Assembly: GCA_028534125.1 (NCBI GenBank)
Contig: CM052818.1
Location: forward strand, 13,456,001 to 13,520,000
DNA: 64,000 nt
DNA from: Lama glama
Taxonomy: Eukaryota
Reading direction: 5' to 3'
Below, piece after piece: positions 14,451 to 29,858 of the stretch. The stretch's first letter is position 1. The number at the start of each line of letters is the position of its first letter. The notes below the pieces were generated by a model. That model was not told the DNA's origin and did no database searches. It worked only from the letters and a program-made list of their open reading frames with translations. A program made the translations under genes and the position numbers.

Positions 14451-15590
14451 TGTCTCAATCATATTTCATATCTTTCTGTCAGTGAGTTGCATAAGGAAAA
14501 AATTTATTCTGTGGTTCTCAGACTTTCTAAAAAGATCAAGTCATCCCATAAACTCTAATTCTTGGTATAATAAATTCTTTGTATAATAAGGCTAGAAAAA
14601 AGCTAACCCAGCAACTAAAGAAAGAAACAATCTCAAATAAAATAATTTAGAACTTAAAAATACTATGTGAGAAAATAGTATGGTGATTCTCATTCTGAAA
14701 GCCATAGAAAGAGATCTGTAGTTGAAGATTACTGACAGGGGACCTCCTTACACCTATCTGGCAGCCTCACTGGCAGTCATTCCCATTAACTGCATGTGTG
14801 CTTGAAGCCAAAGGTTTTTATTTAAAGGTTTCCATAAACAAATTATTACATTTCTAGGGAGAAATAATTCTAGGCTAATTTTAAAATTAACAATATGAAC
14901 TGCTCAATGTTTCCAGTTTCTTCTAAAATGAAAACTTGGAATATGATAGACTCCACGGATGTGATCCATGCAGTAATCATTTCAAGTATATATAACAGAT
15001 CTAAGAACATAGACCTTTTTTTCATCTGTGTTTATTCATGCCAAGAAATTCTCCTGAAGACTGACTTAGTTTGGCATCTACGTTTTAACATATCAACTAC
15101 ATACTGGCACAGGTCCATCTCCCTTTGTACTTTACAGACAGAAACCAAGTATGCGGCATGTTTCCCTGCAAGATTTTTTTTCAGAGTTTATGCTGCCAAA
15201 CAAGCATTAAGCTACTCTAAATTCCAGGCAAGTATGTAACTTTACAGGTACACAGTAGTGCACGAAAATATTGAAGAGAACTTTCTATTCATCCCACTCT
15301 GCTAACAGAGCCATTTAATCCTGTCCAGAAATGTGACCATGTTAAACCCTCCTTTGATTCTACGGATTAGGAGGGAGAAGTTACTGCTGAAAAATAAGAA
15401 AGAAGGGAAGAAGAAAAGATCATGGCCCCCAAGAAGCAAGAACATGTTATTCAGGTTTCCCAGGGCCCAGCATTTTATGCTGGAGAGGGTAGAAGAGAGA
15501 AGAGCTGGAAAGTGAATCCTTTTTACAACAGTGTTCAGGAATTCAGCAGAGTGAGCTTTAATTTCAGACTTTTAAAACTGAAAGAGATCT

Positions 15591-15592
<2 letters not shown>

Positions 15593-15624
<32 letters not shown>
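15593..15624. repeat. (GT)16 microsatellite
   Basis: seen directly. Confidence 0.95.
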
Positions 15625-15626
<2 letters not shown>

Positions 15627-16954
15627 TCCAAACATATTTTCACTTCTAATGGAAATGAAAGTAAAATGCCCCAAATTCATTTAAAAGTCCAAAGACTATT
15701 TTACATGCTAGCTTGATAAGTCTTTAACATCAAAACACTCACCAGGTCATAGTTTTATGAAGCAGTATTTTCTTTTTTCCCTTATTGCCTTTAGGTACTC
15801 CTTGAACTAATAATACTCAGGAGTTATTTGAATGCTATTGCTTCACATCACTAAAAGTGTTTTTTAACACAGAGTGGGGGAAACCCCACAGACTACATTA
15901 TGTCAAACACAATTTATCAGCAAATTAAATTCAAGTATGCATGATAATTCATGAATAACTTGAGGGAAATGGTAACTATGGGATCAATTTGGAACAAAAC
16001 CAAAAAGTCAGATCTCACCTGGTTTAGTGAAAGATTTGGAAACAAGCTGATAGTTGCTCACATTTAATATTTTGAACATTGAATAGTTTTATCCCATAAT
16101 ATAATGAAGCCTGCAGCGTCTTCCTTCCTGAAAAATCCTTAAATACAGAACAAGGAATTAATAAGTCTAGCATTTCCTACTTCCTTGCTCAAAGAAGAGA
16201 GAGAGAGAATAAATAACCACTTAAGCTGAGACCTTCCCTTGCTATACTTTGTCATACAGCAAGTTTTTCAGATGTTAGAGGAAAAATTATAAAGCATAAA
16301 GTAAACATCACAATATATGTGGTGCATATACAAAGATATATTTATGTGTACCATATGTCAAAGAGAGAAAGTACAGATATTTAATCTTGTTGAAGCCTTA
16401 CAACTTTCTATATTGGCGTAGATGTAGCATCTATTTTTCAATATTTTTTAATTAACATTTTCAAACTTAAAGTTGAATATATCTATAATGAACATTGGAT
16501 ACCCACCATCCAGATTCAAAACCTGTTAATATTCTGCCATATTTACATGGGGTATCTTAACACATCTTTAAACTCCATTTTAAACACCAGTCCCTACCCA
16601 CTAGTGGGATTCACGTTGCACCATTTGCATATTTCCAGAGATAGAAACCTTATTATTTCTTAATACATTAAAATGTCCAATGACCACATTTTTTTTTCTT
16701 TCACTGAACCAAAATCTGTTTTTCTTGGCTTTCTACCCATTTATTCTAGCCCTGCCCTTTGGAAAGACAAGATCTTTTCCTTCTTCTCTAAGCACCCATT
16801 CAAAATCCTCAAGTCTACTCTCACACCACATTAACTCAGATACAAATCTCATCTGTATTTTCTTGTAAATTGAGTACAGTAGGGGGAAAGGATAAGGATA
16901 ATGTAAAGAGAGGAGGGGCAATAGGCCTTCTTTTAAGGGCTGTCATTTTTTCCC

Positions 16955-18140
16955 CATAGGTTTTGATACATAACATTTTCATTTTCATTCAGTTTGAAAT
17001 AGTCTTAAATTTCAATTTCGTTATCTTCTTTAAACTGTGAGTTGTTTTGAAGTATATGTCTTCTTTTCCAAAAGAAGGGGATCTTTCTAGTTTTGTTTTC
17101 ATTGTTGCTGTTTCTATCTTATTTGCATTGTAGTTAGAGTATAAAATCTGTATATTGCAATTTTTGAAACTTATTTACATCTGTCTTAAGACCAGCATAT
17201 AGTCATTTTCTTTTAATGTATCCTCAGTACTTGAAAGATCATATATTCTGTACAGTGTTCTAAATATGTCAGTTAGTTCAAAGTTTTTAATCATGTTATT
17301 CATATTTTCTATTCATTTCTGAAAATGTACATTTATTCTTTTAATTATTGGGAGAGGTATGTTATACTCTTTTACTGTGTTTATTCATTTTACCCTTGAG
17401 TTTTACCCATTTTTGCTTTATCTGTATTGAGGCTTAAATGTGATTAAATGCAGTTAAATTTAGAATTTCTACATCTTCCTGGTGAACTAAACTTTTATCA
17501 TTACACAGTATTACTTTTTATTCTTTGTAATCTTTTTTTCCTTAAAGTCAACTTTGACTGATATTAATATTGCAAAGCCAACTTTCTTTTGGTTAGTGTT
17601 TGCATAGTATATTTTCTTTAATCTATCTATGTCCTTATGTTTAAATTATTTCTTTTGAAACAGCATATTTGGGTGTTGTTTCTGTAATAAACCTGAAAAT
17701 AAGAGCATTTAATTCACTTACTTTTAATGTAACTATTGATATGTTTAAGTTTAAACTACCATTTTACTATTTGCCTTTTTTTGTTCTGTACATTTCTTGC
17801 TTTCTGTCTAAAATGATGGACTATTTTGTATTATTCCCTTCTCCCCTGAATTAGACTTGTAGTTTTATACTAGTCCTCTAATGTTTTCCCTAGGGAATAC
17901 TTTAATTTATCCTTGACTTTTCAAAGTCTAAAATAAATTAGTAGTTTTACCTCTTCTCAGATTATACAAGGACCTTAAAATACTTAAATTCCATTTACCT
18001 TACTGCCAACCTATGTGCTATTATTTTCATGTATTATAATTCTAAATATTTAATAAATCACAAAAGACCTTACTATTGCTGTTTTATAAAGTAAGTATTC
18101 ATTAAGATTTACCCATATTTATGCTTTCATTGCTTTTCAT
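16955..18140 (-). mobile_element. old L1 (L1M) fragment, antisense
   Basis: T-rich + strand with L1-like motifs such as ctttcttttggttagtgtttgcatagtatattt; boundaries approximate. Confidence 0.65.
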
Positions 18141-20915
18141 TGTGTTGGAATTTTGAATTAAAAATAGAAAAGAAAAAGGAATTTAGTATGAATTTGGTGA
18201 GTCACACCCCTCATACCTCTCCATTTGGAATTCAGAAAAATATAAGGATCCTGAGGCATGAGGGGAAACATTGCGCAGAAACATCATAAATATGATTTAA
18301 TGAAATGGACAGGAAAATACACATAAGAACGTAATATGCTGTGAAGGCAGGAGGCACAAAGACACACTTTATTTTAAAGGTCTTAGGCAGTTAATAATTT
18401 GGAGAAGTATTGCCAAGTTGCACTCAGCAAATTTAGTAGTATGCCTCAGTTTAGTGGGCACAAAGGCTGTTTATTGTTGAATGAACAAATATAATGTAAT
18501 CAGTCTCATACAATTAGGAGGTCACCAAGCCATGCTTGTTATAATTGGCATTGCCATAGCCAGGGGCTTATGTGACCTCAAGTGATGACTGGCCTGAAGG
18601 GGTAAGCCAGGAATATGTATCCTCTGGTCTACAGAGACTGACTAATCTAGCTGTAAGGCCTCAGGAGGTGTAAGGAGGTGCACCAGGAATCAAATCACAG
18701 TGCTCAGGGAGGGCATGGTGGACTCAGTTGAATGTACTCAGTCTCCATTCAGTTCACCACTCTTCAGGGGTTTGAATCTGGAGCTGAGGATAACAGGAGG
18801 GTGGGAGGGGCAAGGTGAAGAAGTAGGGCACTAGGAATGCATAACTAAAATGTCAGTGAAAAGGCATCCCCTAAGATGGGCAAATTCCTCTGGAGGCCAG
18901 GTTGAAGTAAGTCCCCAGCTTGTTTTGGATGGGCTTGAACTTTCATGTAGAGTCTTTAGTTACTGGTACTGAGCTACCCTAGACCAAAGACTGACGGTGC
19001 TGCTTGTTTCAAATACGGTTTTACCTCCACAGAGTTGTAGACTGATGATTGGTTGTAATACACCAAATACCAGGGTCATCTTTTCCCAGACATTTTTTAA
19101 TGGCTAATTAAGTTTAAGAAGAAACTTATTCATCGGTATGCCAGAGAACACCCCTGACAACAATCATTTATCAGTAGAAAATGTTTTTTCCTTAAGATTC
19201 TAAAAGGAATAAGCTTCACTTTGCCAGTGTGTAAAAAGAGCTGAAGAATGAGAATTAAGGTCTTTGTTTCCTTGCTTGTTCTCTTATTTTAGCCTATTAC
19301 CAGTTGGTTGGTTTGGTTTGTGTGTAGTACAGGTGAGTTACGAGTTGATCATTCATGTTCACCAGTTGATTTTCTCCCTCCCCCACATTTATGAATGTTA
19401 GATATGAGTTCGTGAGGTTAGGTGGACATGAACAACTGTATGTCTAACCTCATCCAATTATCTTGCAAATGAACACCACTAGCCACAAGGCAGACTAGAT
19501 GAGAGAGGGGAGTCGATTTGCAGTGCGAATCTATCATCACTGCTGGTAAAGCAATTCCAAGCACATGTAACATGATTTTTCCATATGGGAGCAACATATT
19601 TCAAGGTTCTGTTGGAACCCAGTGCAATGCCAAAGGCTTCCAGGACATTTGATTCACCACTCTCTAAAACAAAGAAATGAACTATCAGGGAGTCTGACAT
19701 TTGTTGATTTTGGTGATACTTTTGTTTATCATTTAAAGCACACTAAATTTTTAACGATCTGTTTTGCCAGAACAGATAAGAATCTAGAACTATAAATCTA
19801 CTGCTGGCCATCGATGAAGACAGTCCTCTTTTTTACTTAATATCAGTATTTATTTTCTCCACTAGAACTGCTTAGCTTGGGTGAATTCTAACTGATAATT
19901 TCAGAGGGGTGAAAAGCTAACTAGAACTGGGCATTTGGCCCAGATAAATCTGATTCCAGTACTATGAAAGAAGCAGCAAGGGAAATAGAAAGTCTTTGAC
20001 AAAAATTGTTGATAATTGGCTAAGGACTGGGGAGGGAAACAGAAGACTTGGAGAGCTATTAATGTTATTCTAATGTAGAAGAAAGACACAAGGGAGGAAT
20101 CAACACTATACAGATTAACAACTCTCTTTAATTCTAAGAAAAATTATATATTTATGTAATATACATGTAAGAAAATTTTATGTATATAAGAAATTTACAT
20201 GTATACAAGAAATTTATATATATGTTGACTACAATAAAACTTCTGTTATCCAGAACTCTTAGCAAATAAGCCTTTCTGGAGACCTAAATTGCAGAGGCAA
20301 AATGGAAATCTAAAGTTTGAATTTTTGCTCTATGTGAACTTGGGCAGGTCACACATCAATCTACATTTTGGTGGCATCCTCCAGCCTCATCCAAAAATTG
20401 TAGGTAATGTGACCACTTATTCCACAGGGCTGTTATTAGGATTGAAACAGAGGCTTGTAAATCTGATTTCCTAGTCAAATAATAGACGTTTAAATACTGC
20501 TAAACATTTACCTATTTTTATACCAGTTAATTTTAGAATTTTAACAAATTTGTATATGAAGTTATATAAAATATTACATACCTTATCCTTAATCATATTT
20601 CAATCAACATAATGTCTTGATTACTCAGGTTATCATTGTTAATAGCCATCAATGGGTGAGGCAGCAGTAAAACAGCAATGCCTCAGCACTTGTTGAAATT
20701 GTTCCTACCTTCTAGGATTATGTAGAAAAATAAGGTGAATATCCAAACAACTATAAGATCTTCACCAATGAATCCCTTTTATTCAAAAAGTTTCATAGAT
20801 AAAGTAGAAAGAGTACTTTGCTGGGAACTAATTTACTGTCCTGTCACTAGAAAAAATTAGGACCGATCAGTCTGAGCAGAAGAGTGTCTATCTCAATCAC
20901 TAAGAAGATGAAGAG

Positions 20916-20961
20916 AGGAAGGAAGGAAAGAAGGAAGGAAGGAAGGAAGGAAGGAAGGGAA
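20916..20961. repeat. (GGAA)n simple repeat
   Basis: seen directly, imperfect. Confidence 0.9.
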
Positions 20962-23900
20962 GCAGCCAGGAGTAAAGTAACACCCCCTTATAGGAAACAT
21001 GAATCTTGGCTTTTGTGTCTACTTTACTCCATTTATGAAATTAAATTAATATGGTTCGGGAAGATATAATAAGGTTTTAGATCCACACAGATCAAGAAAT
21101 AGCAGCAACCTGAATTTAACCACTATCTTTTCTTCAACTATCAAATAGTATTTACAAGGCATGCACAGTGTTCCACTCAGAACTGGTAAAGATATGGTTA
21201 TTTTACTCTAAGGGTTTACAGCCTGGAAACAAAAAGATATATTTTGAAATTTCTGAACTTTTAAAAAAATCTGTGGCATTATCATTAAGGATAGACGGTC
21301 TATTATACAGATGGAGAAACAGAGAAAAAAAGAATTGATGCCAGGGCCCTAGATCACAGAGGTAGTAACAGAATAAAAATAATTTCAGTCCCCTTCCTCT
21401 TATTTCAGTGCATTCTCATCAAATACACCATTTGGTCAATGGTGTCTTATTCTAAAGTAGTTCTGAATTATTCCCTAAATATAAAACGGCACAAATTAGA
21501 AAAGTTTAAGCAGTCATCCAAAGTATTTAAGGTACATAAAATCTTTGCCCATGAAAACACTGAAGTGACTCCATGTCGTGGTAAGTTATCAAATTATGGA
21601 AAGAACACTGCAGAGATTAAAATGTTGCATAAGAGAGAGAAAGCAGCATGAGTCAGGGGTTTGGGAAATATGAGTCAGACTAAAGGGAAGGAGCCAAAAA
21701 CATAGAGAATGAGGGCCTAAGCAGGGACTTAATGGACACCACAGAGATGTGGACACAGTTGCCTCCGATCGCTTTGAGAGAAAACCAAATATGCAGTTCC
21801 ATAGATTGACAGTCTATGATAAAGTGTGATAGAGAGGCTAGGAGTAAGAGCGGAGTAAAGATCAGCTGCATTATGTAAAGCAATCATGGTGCCAAAGTCA
21901 GCAAGAGAGAGAGACCTACAATAGTATAAATCACTAGAAGGGAGAGTGTGGGCACATTTTTGAAAAATGAGGGAATCACCAAATATTGCCATTAGCTATT
22001 CTTATTGCATTAGGATGATGAAATGTGAGTTGATTTATGTGTTGTGATATTTTAGGAAGCACATTCTATTATTCTGTACTTTGATAATGTTTACATTAGG
22101 CTGTGTCTACATAGTTCAGAGCTGCTTCCTGTGGTGTTTAATCCAAACTCTAATTCATCTTTAAGGCCTTGAATTTTGCTCATGATTTGAGCTACCACTT
22201 TATGAGCACATTAACCAGACTCTGCACCAGACTCCTCATACACAGCACCTCCAGCTGTGATGACTCCAGCTGTCTGCCATTCTTCTCATGTAAACTGCTT
22301 TTCTCTTACCAGTGCTTTCTAACGTGATCTGCCTTCTGCTTAGAAATAGCCTCCTATTTCTGCCAATCCATGTCCCTTATCTTCTTCAAAATGCAGCTGA
22401 AAACTCACCTCCTCAGGCCAGCCCTCCAATGACCACCCACCTCTGATACTGCCTTCTTCTCCTAACTTCTGCACTTCTCCACTATGTTGTTTTACAGCCA
22501 TTTCCATTTGCCAACATCTTGCTGATTTTACTGTGTTTCCTACATCTTGCCTGTTACTCTGCCTTGTAAATGTTTAGTTCCATGAGATAAAACACTGATC
22601 CTACTTTCTTTAAACTCTAGGTATCAGTTCTTAGCAAACAATCATGATTCATTCATCTATTGAACAAATATGTTTTGAAAACCCACCATGTTCCATGCAC
22701 TCTGCAAGGTACTAGGAACACAGGAAAAAGTAATATTTTAGACCCTTTCCTCAAAGAGCTTGGGTTCAGGGCCCAGGGAATGTGTTAACTGACTGTCTGC
22801 CTAAAGAACCTAGTGAGTTTAACTGTCAAGGATAACTTATAGATACTTTAAACAACAGAACAAAAACTCCACTCCCCAGACTACTGTTTCCTAGATTTAT
22901 CAGGAAAATCATGGCTGACCTGAGTAGTTTCCTTTATGAATAAAGCATTGCTTTTACCAGTACAAGTATTGCCACTACAGAGGACTTTCATAAACATACG
23001 TGGGAGAGCCAGGGCTTCTGGTGCATCTGCATAGAGATGGATATTCTGCTTTGAGTTTCTAACATAGTAGTATATTTCGGTGATTCTAATCACATTGAAC
23101 TTTCTGGTATTTAAGACAAATAGCAATGCATACAAGTAGAAAAGACAAGCATAAAAGAGTTTCACAATGTAAGCTGATTCTTAAATGACTTCATATAGAT
23201 GTGCAAATAAAAAAATAACAGGATCTCAAAGTACAACTTTCAAAATAATAAAATCGTGTTATTTATATAAACCGATACATTGATGGTATATTTGAAGCTA
23301 GTTCAAAGAAATCCAGTCTATCGCCAATACTAGATAACCTGCTAAGAGCAAAGAGGATAAATATTCTAAACTTAAGTCAGAGAATCCATAAATGAAAATG
23401 TAGTCAGTTCATTTACTAGCAGATCCAGCTCAAAGTATATGATAAAGCATGCACTCAACTCCTTTGGAATAATTTCTTGAAGGGGGTTTCATGCAACTGT
23501 GTTTTATTGAATTTCAGGGAGGTTTCCCATCTGAAAGCACTAAAACTAAAAGTGAGTCCAGGTAAGTAGAAAGTGTGTTAAAAATATCGCCAGTCAATTC
23601 TAGGTGAGATGAATCCTGTTGCAGTTTTGTTTTTGATAGAGAAAGGAGAATATAGTGGCAGTAAAGATAGTAGTATTTTATTTGGGTTTTTTTTGTTTTT
23701 ATTAAATTACTTTAACTCACCTAATATTTTTGTTAAATAATTCTCAGAAGGTAAACAGACCTGGTTCTTAAAAAAGGTATAGGTCCAGGGAGCACAACTT
23801 TTATGTTTAAAATCTATTTAATGATATATTAATTCCACTGGAAATGTTAGCTTATTTATCAAAGAGGCTTAGAATTGAACGACATAAAAAGTAGGAAGGA

Positions 23901-25847
23901 AATCACATCAGGAATGCAATGGGGTGGAGGCCGTTTGCAGAGGGATGTCTCAGAAAGAAAAGCCACAGTCGCTGGTGAGGCCTGCTTTAGAAAATGTAGC
24001 AGCCAGCCTGGGCCCTTGATCTTCTGCCAGCCTGTACTGAGGAAACTTGCCACATCTGAATCTCACACTGCTGTATCTTTCAGAGCTGTTATCACTGCAA
24101 ATGTTGGCAAATGTTCTTGACATAAAACAATAGGAATTCTGCTGTCATTTCTGCATTAGCGAGTCATAAAGCTCTGAAGAAACCCCAGTAGAAATGTTTT
24201 CATCAAGTACATATGAGAAAATAATAAAAGACACAAAAAAGAGCAGATAATTTCAAAGCAAGATTGCTGTATGTTTGCATAGTCCATAAAAAGGACAGTC
24301 ATAATCACTGATTTGAAAATAATAAGAATAAAAAATTTCAAAACAAAAAATAAACAGTAACAAAAAAATTTGCTGAAAGTTTAAAACCAGATTCTAAGCA
24401 TTAGTTAAGTAGATGCTTTTATAGGTTATTATCCAATAAACAGCCATACATCCCTCGAGTATTCTTCATCACCCTCCCTCTTTCTTTTGGAAAGAATTTC
24501 TCTTATCATTTCCACACCCATCTAACCAAAGCCGGTATTCGAGGACAACTCTCTTATAACCTGAACTTCCTACATTATTACACTGGGTAGTGTAAGCACA
24601 GCAATTATTTTTGGAAATAAAGAAAGATGAAAGGCAACACACCAAGGGCTACTCTCTCAGCTTCTTAAAGGGAAGGTAGGATTTAAGGAATAAATTCTAA
24701 TTACTGATGGCTCTTTTGGTACTGAATTTTGGCCCACACTTTCTTCCAAAGCAAAGTCTACCACAGTGATGATCCAAGCACCCCTAAGCCTGTTTCAGTT
24801 TTTAGGCAAAATTTGTCATCTAGGAATTATAAATTTTAGATATTTTTTAGTGAAGCTTAGAGTCTTCAAGTTGTTGGAGAATGCCAAAATTTCACACTTC
24901 TTTCACCTGCTATTTGACCTCATAATATGAGAGATTAGAATGAATGCAAAGATGATGTAGGTAAGGCAAAATTAAATTTCACTTATAAATTATTGTAATA
25001 TGAATGTACACACACATTTACAGTACAGTTTGATTTCAAAGAAATTTGTTATAACAGGTTTGTATTATGACTGAGCATTTTGTACTTTTCTAGAATGATA
25101 TTCTACCTACTCCTTAAGGTACATTTAGTAAATTATTCCCAGAAGTGAAATGCTTTGGGAAAATATGCATTTTAAACTACACCAGTCTCTCTCTCCTAGA
25201 GGAATATGATCAAATTGAATCCTTTTTATTTTGAAATTTGCAATGAAACGTTTATACATTCACGTTATGTTAAAGTTTACAAAAAAACAAATCAAAAAAC
25301 CCCCACCAACAAGGAATGTGTAATATTAAAGTTTGATTTATACCCAGTTATTGGGCAGATTTTTAGAGACTTGTCACTAGAAATTATTTCAAATGCAATA
25401 TTTTGGGTGGAAAAGCAAGTGTCATATAATTCACTTACACTTTAAAACACAGAAAACAATACTGGATATTCTAATGGGCACATATCTGTATAATAAAAAG
25501 TATAAAGAACATCTCAGGGAAGGATTCACATGTACCAGGATGGTAGTAGGTGAGTGAGTACAGGTATGAGAATAGAAGAAAGCTTTAGTTATATCTCAAA
25601 TGTTCCATTTCTTAACAAAACAAAGCGAGGTGAGGCATGCATGGCAAAATGTTAGCATTTGTTAAATCTAAGTGGTACACACTGGCGTCTATGAAATTAT
25701 TTCCAAACATTTGAAATAATTTATTATTTTAAATATTTCCAATATAAAAGTATTACAGAGTAAGATTTTAAAATAGAGTGAAAACTTGGTTTCTTTAAGA
25801 AAAATATGATGGCAAAATGGAAGAAATATCAACATCTTCACAACTGA

Positions 25848-26009
<162 letters not shown>

Positions 26010-28229
26010 TAAAACAGTGCACTAAACCAAGTCCTGTCTGGAGCATCTTTAACTGTTTAAACCTCAAACATTCAGAACAAAGCACTCATCTTTGTTTGGA
26101 GAATGATAATGCTGATTCTTTCATTGACTACCGATCCATTTTCCACATTAACAAGAACTAACCTTAAAGGTAGAGCATATTCTGGATAGCAGAGTGTTAG
26201 TTACATGTTAAACTAAGCAAAAGCAGAGGTTTGAGGTATGAATGAGATCACAAAAACAACCTGGAAAATCATTTTAAATTAGTTATTTGGTGCCCTAGCA
26301 CTAAGACACTGATGGTTTCATTCACTGGTTTTAGCATAGCATAGCTTAGAGGGAAAATGGTGAGGTTCAAATTAGCTCCACCCCCTACTCACTTTGAGAT
26401 CTTGGGCAAATACTCTATTTCGCTTTTTCCTTTAGTGCTTTGGAGATCATACTAGCCTCTGTCTTAGGAGCTCACGTGCAAGAGTACTTAGAACAGAACC
26501 GGGTCCTGGGTTGAATAGCTGTGTGCTATCATTATGTCATGAGTTAACAGACTTGTACTAAACATTTTCTATGTTGCAAAGGGGTGCAGTGCTAGGAATT
26601 CAACACACGTGCCCTACTTGAGAGCTCTACTTGAGCTCCCTGAGGGCAGGGGCCAGACCTGGTTTGTGTCACTGCTGTTTCTCCAGTCCCTGAAGAGTGC
26701 CCACCAAGAAGATGGGCTATGCATGTTTTTTGAATGACTGGAAGAACACGGTATGCAGAGGCTGACTGGCAAATAACAAGTAAACTAAAAGTGTTCTGGG
26801 CTTAAGCTGGAGGCCCAGCACCGGGATGAAACTCTATAATTGACTCCCTCTGTCCATTGATTTAAATACCACGTCTTACCATAATATCAGTGAAAAGTCT
26901 TTATTTTCTCTTAGGAACAGAGAATATGGGGACAGGCAACCCAGCATCGATTTTCTCCTGAGAATGTGAGCTATTGTCAGGGTATCAATACTGAGCTCCT
27001 GGTGGACCCTGGACCTGTTCTGCCTGCCATGGTGCTGTGTCTAGGTGCTGGGGCTAGTGTCCAGCCTCTGAGGAAGGACCAAGGTTCATAGTGGCTGAAG
27101 CTGTGACTGAGGAGAAAATTGTGTGGAAAACTCCACAGGCACCAAAGTTTTGCCCACTTTAGTAGTCAGGAAAATAAACGATTGAGGGTATAAAAAGTAT
27201 AGAAAAAGAACTAACCCAGCCTACTATAGGAAGAATCAAAGTGAATAGAACATATGGTTAGAGCCCTTTATGATGTGGTAGGAGGAGATGTTCTTAAATT
27301 CAGATCCAATATCGTGGCTTCCCTGCTATTCCCCTACCCACAGAACCAATACTACATTCCCCAACAGAGCATATAAGGTCTTCCTCAATCTAATCCTTGC
27401 CCAGCTCTGTTGTACCAATATCCCTCTCCTGTCAAAAAAAACCTACACTCCAGCTTTGTCCTACTAATTATATTTCCCCAGTACACCACAGTGTCACACT
27501 TCAGTGCCTCTACATAAGCTCTTTCAGTACCAGAAACATGCATTCCTACAAACTCCTATTCAACTCTCAAATCCCAGGTCACTTTCTCTGGGAAGTCTTC
27601 CATGATCTACAGAAATATAATTTATCACTCCCTCCTCTATGCCAGTAATTCTCAATCTTTTCTAAAAATTTCCAATCTGTTACAGATCAATACTTCTGTA
27701 AAGTACAGTTAAAATGTTGCAGTAACACCAAATTGCTATTCCTAAATACATGCTCTCAATTTCTGTACTTATTCATTGCATACTGATCCAAATACTCTGT
27801 GGACCAGTAGTGGTCAGCAGGTCACCCCTTGAGTAGAATGGTGCTCCCTCTATCCCTTGTACACTTCTCTATTGTTGATCTTATCATTTCATGTAGTAAT
27901 TTGTTTCCATTCAAGACAGGTAGAACATACATATGTCTTATCATCATTATAAACTTACACTGACAAACAACAATGCTAGCAAATAATAATGAATGTTTAC
28001 TGGTTGAGAAGAGATGCATTGTTTATTCATCAGATATTTATTGAGGGCTGACTTTGTGCCAGGTTCTAAGTGCTGGGCCATTGTGGTAAACAGACTTTAC
28101 AAGATCATGGCCTTCATAGAGCTATTAGAAAGTACCATTTATATAAATTAGCTATTGATATTGGCACTTGCCTGTAATATTAGGTACTAGGAATAACTGT
28201 GTTAAAATTGCTGTTAATAAGTATGAAGT

Positions 28230-28570
28230 TTCCATTCATTCAGCTAATATTTATTGAGCACCTACTAGGCCAGGCCCTGTGATAGGTCTCTTAATAAATC
28301 ATACAGCAGTGAACAGACAAAAAATACTCTACTTCCACCTCAAAGGATGAGACATGTCTTATTTGCCAAGCATTAGTGGGGGAGACAGACAAGAAACAAA
28401 AAAATACATAACACAATGTTAAGGAGTGTCAGTGGTTACAAAGAAATATAAAGCAGGATAAGGGGATAGATGGGGCAGAAGAAAATATTTTATATGGATG
28501 GACAGAGATGGCCTCCCTGAGGTGACATTTGATCAGACACCTAATAAATTAGGAAGGAAGCCATGTGAAT
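28230..28570 (-). mobile_element. L2 3' end fragment
   Basis: cattcattcagctaatatttattgagcacctact...ggcctccctgaggtgacatttgatcagacacct. Confidence 0.7.
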
Positions 28571-29651
28571 ATCATTATTGTTTATTTCAAAATTCAAGTT
28601 AAATCAAATATATTTTGCAGCTTATTTTTAATAGCTCCCATTTATTTTTACCTGTTCTATGCAATAAATTTTGCCTACATTATCGCATGTAATCCTCTCA
28701 ACAATTCTACCACATTGTTGTATTATTACTAACAGAAGAGGAAGCTCTGAGAGGTTAAGACCTAGTAATGCCAGAACAAAGATTTAAACTCAGGTTACCT
28801 TGAGGTCACTTGAGCACACTGCCTCTCACACTTTCAGTTATTAAAATACCAGAAGAGTTCAGCATAAAGTTTTGTTTTCATTTTTTACCAGAAGATAGTG
28901 TTACTACATAGTATTATATTGATCTGCATAATTGTTATTTTAAATTACATATGCCATATTGGAGTTGTCACAAAGTGTAGAGTCATGAATTAATGAAATT
29001 TTATTATGCTTCTAAGATATTAATCCTACTCTGCAAGTTCTCAGTTGAGCATTTTATAGTTGGAAATATTTATACGAGAAGGACATGGGCTGGAACACTT
29101 CATCAAGTGTGTCAAGAGGTAACTTGTTTAGCATCCCATTCCTTCCACAGTGTTCTTTCATATGATTCTCACAAAAACTTCCTAAGATACACATAGCAAG
29201 CACTACTATACACGTTTTACAGAAGAAAAAAAACTAGATACCAAATATTAAAGTGACTTCACTAAGGTCACCAGCTGAGCAACAGCACATACCTCCTTTT
29301 CTTAGTTTTATGCTACATACTCAATTCTTCCATAGTTCTTTTTTACTTCTGTCATTATAAATAAGCTTTCAGATTCCCAACCTGACATTCTCATTTATAT
29401 GTGAAATAATCTTAATTACTTTTCTCTCTTTAAAATCTCAACCCATCCAACTAGGTGTATGAATCCAGGTATATGAAGTCTTTGTTCTTAACATCTGATT
29501 TAACTGCAGAATACAGACCAAAGTATATTTAAAGCACAGATACTCTACTTTAAAAAGAAAAGAAAAATAATTACTTCTAAAATGAGGTCTCTAGATAGGT
29601 TTCCTAAATAATGCTCTGCTGAGAATTTGAGATTAAACAGCTCAATCATAG

Positions 29652-29858
<207 letters not shown>

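Noticed and set aside
56..25445. Many 60-125 aa ORFs in the long intron
   Set aside because: No recognisable domains apart from a Tigger remnant; lengths expected by chance, many overlap repeats
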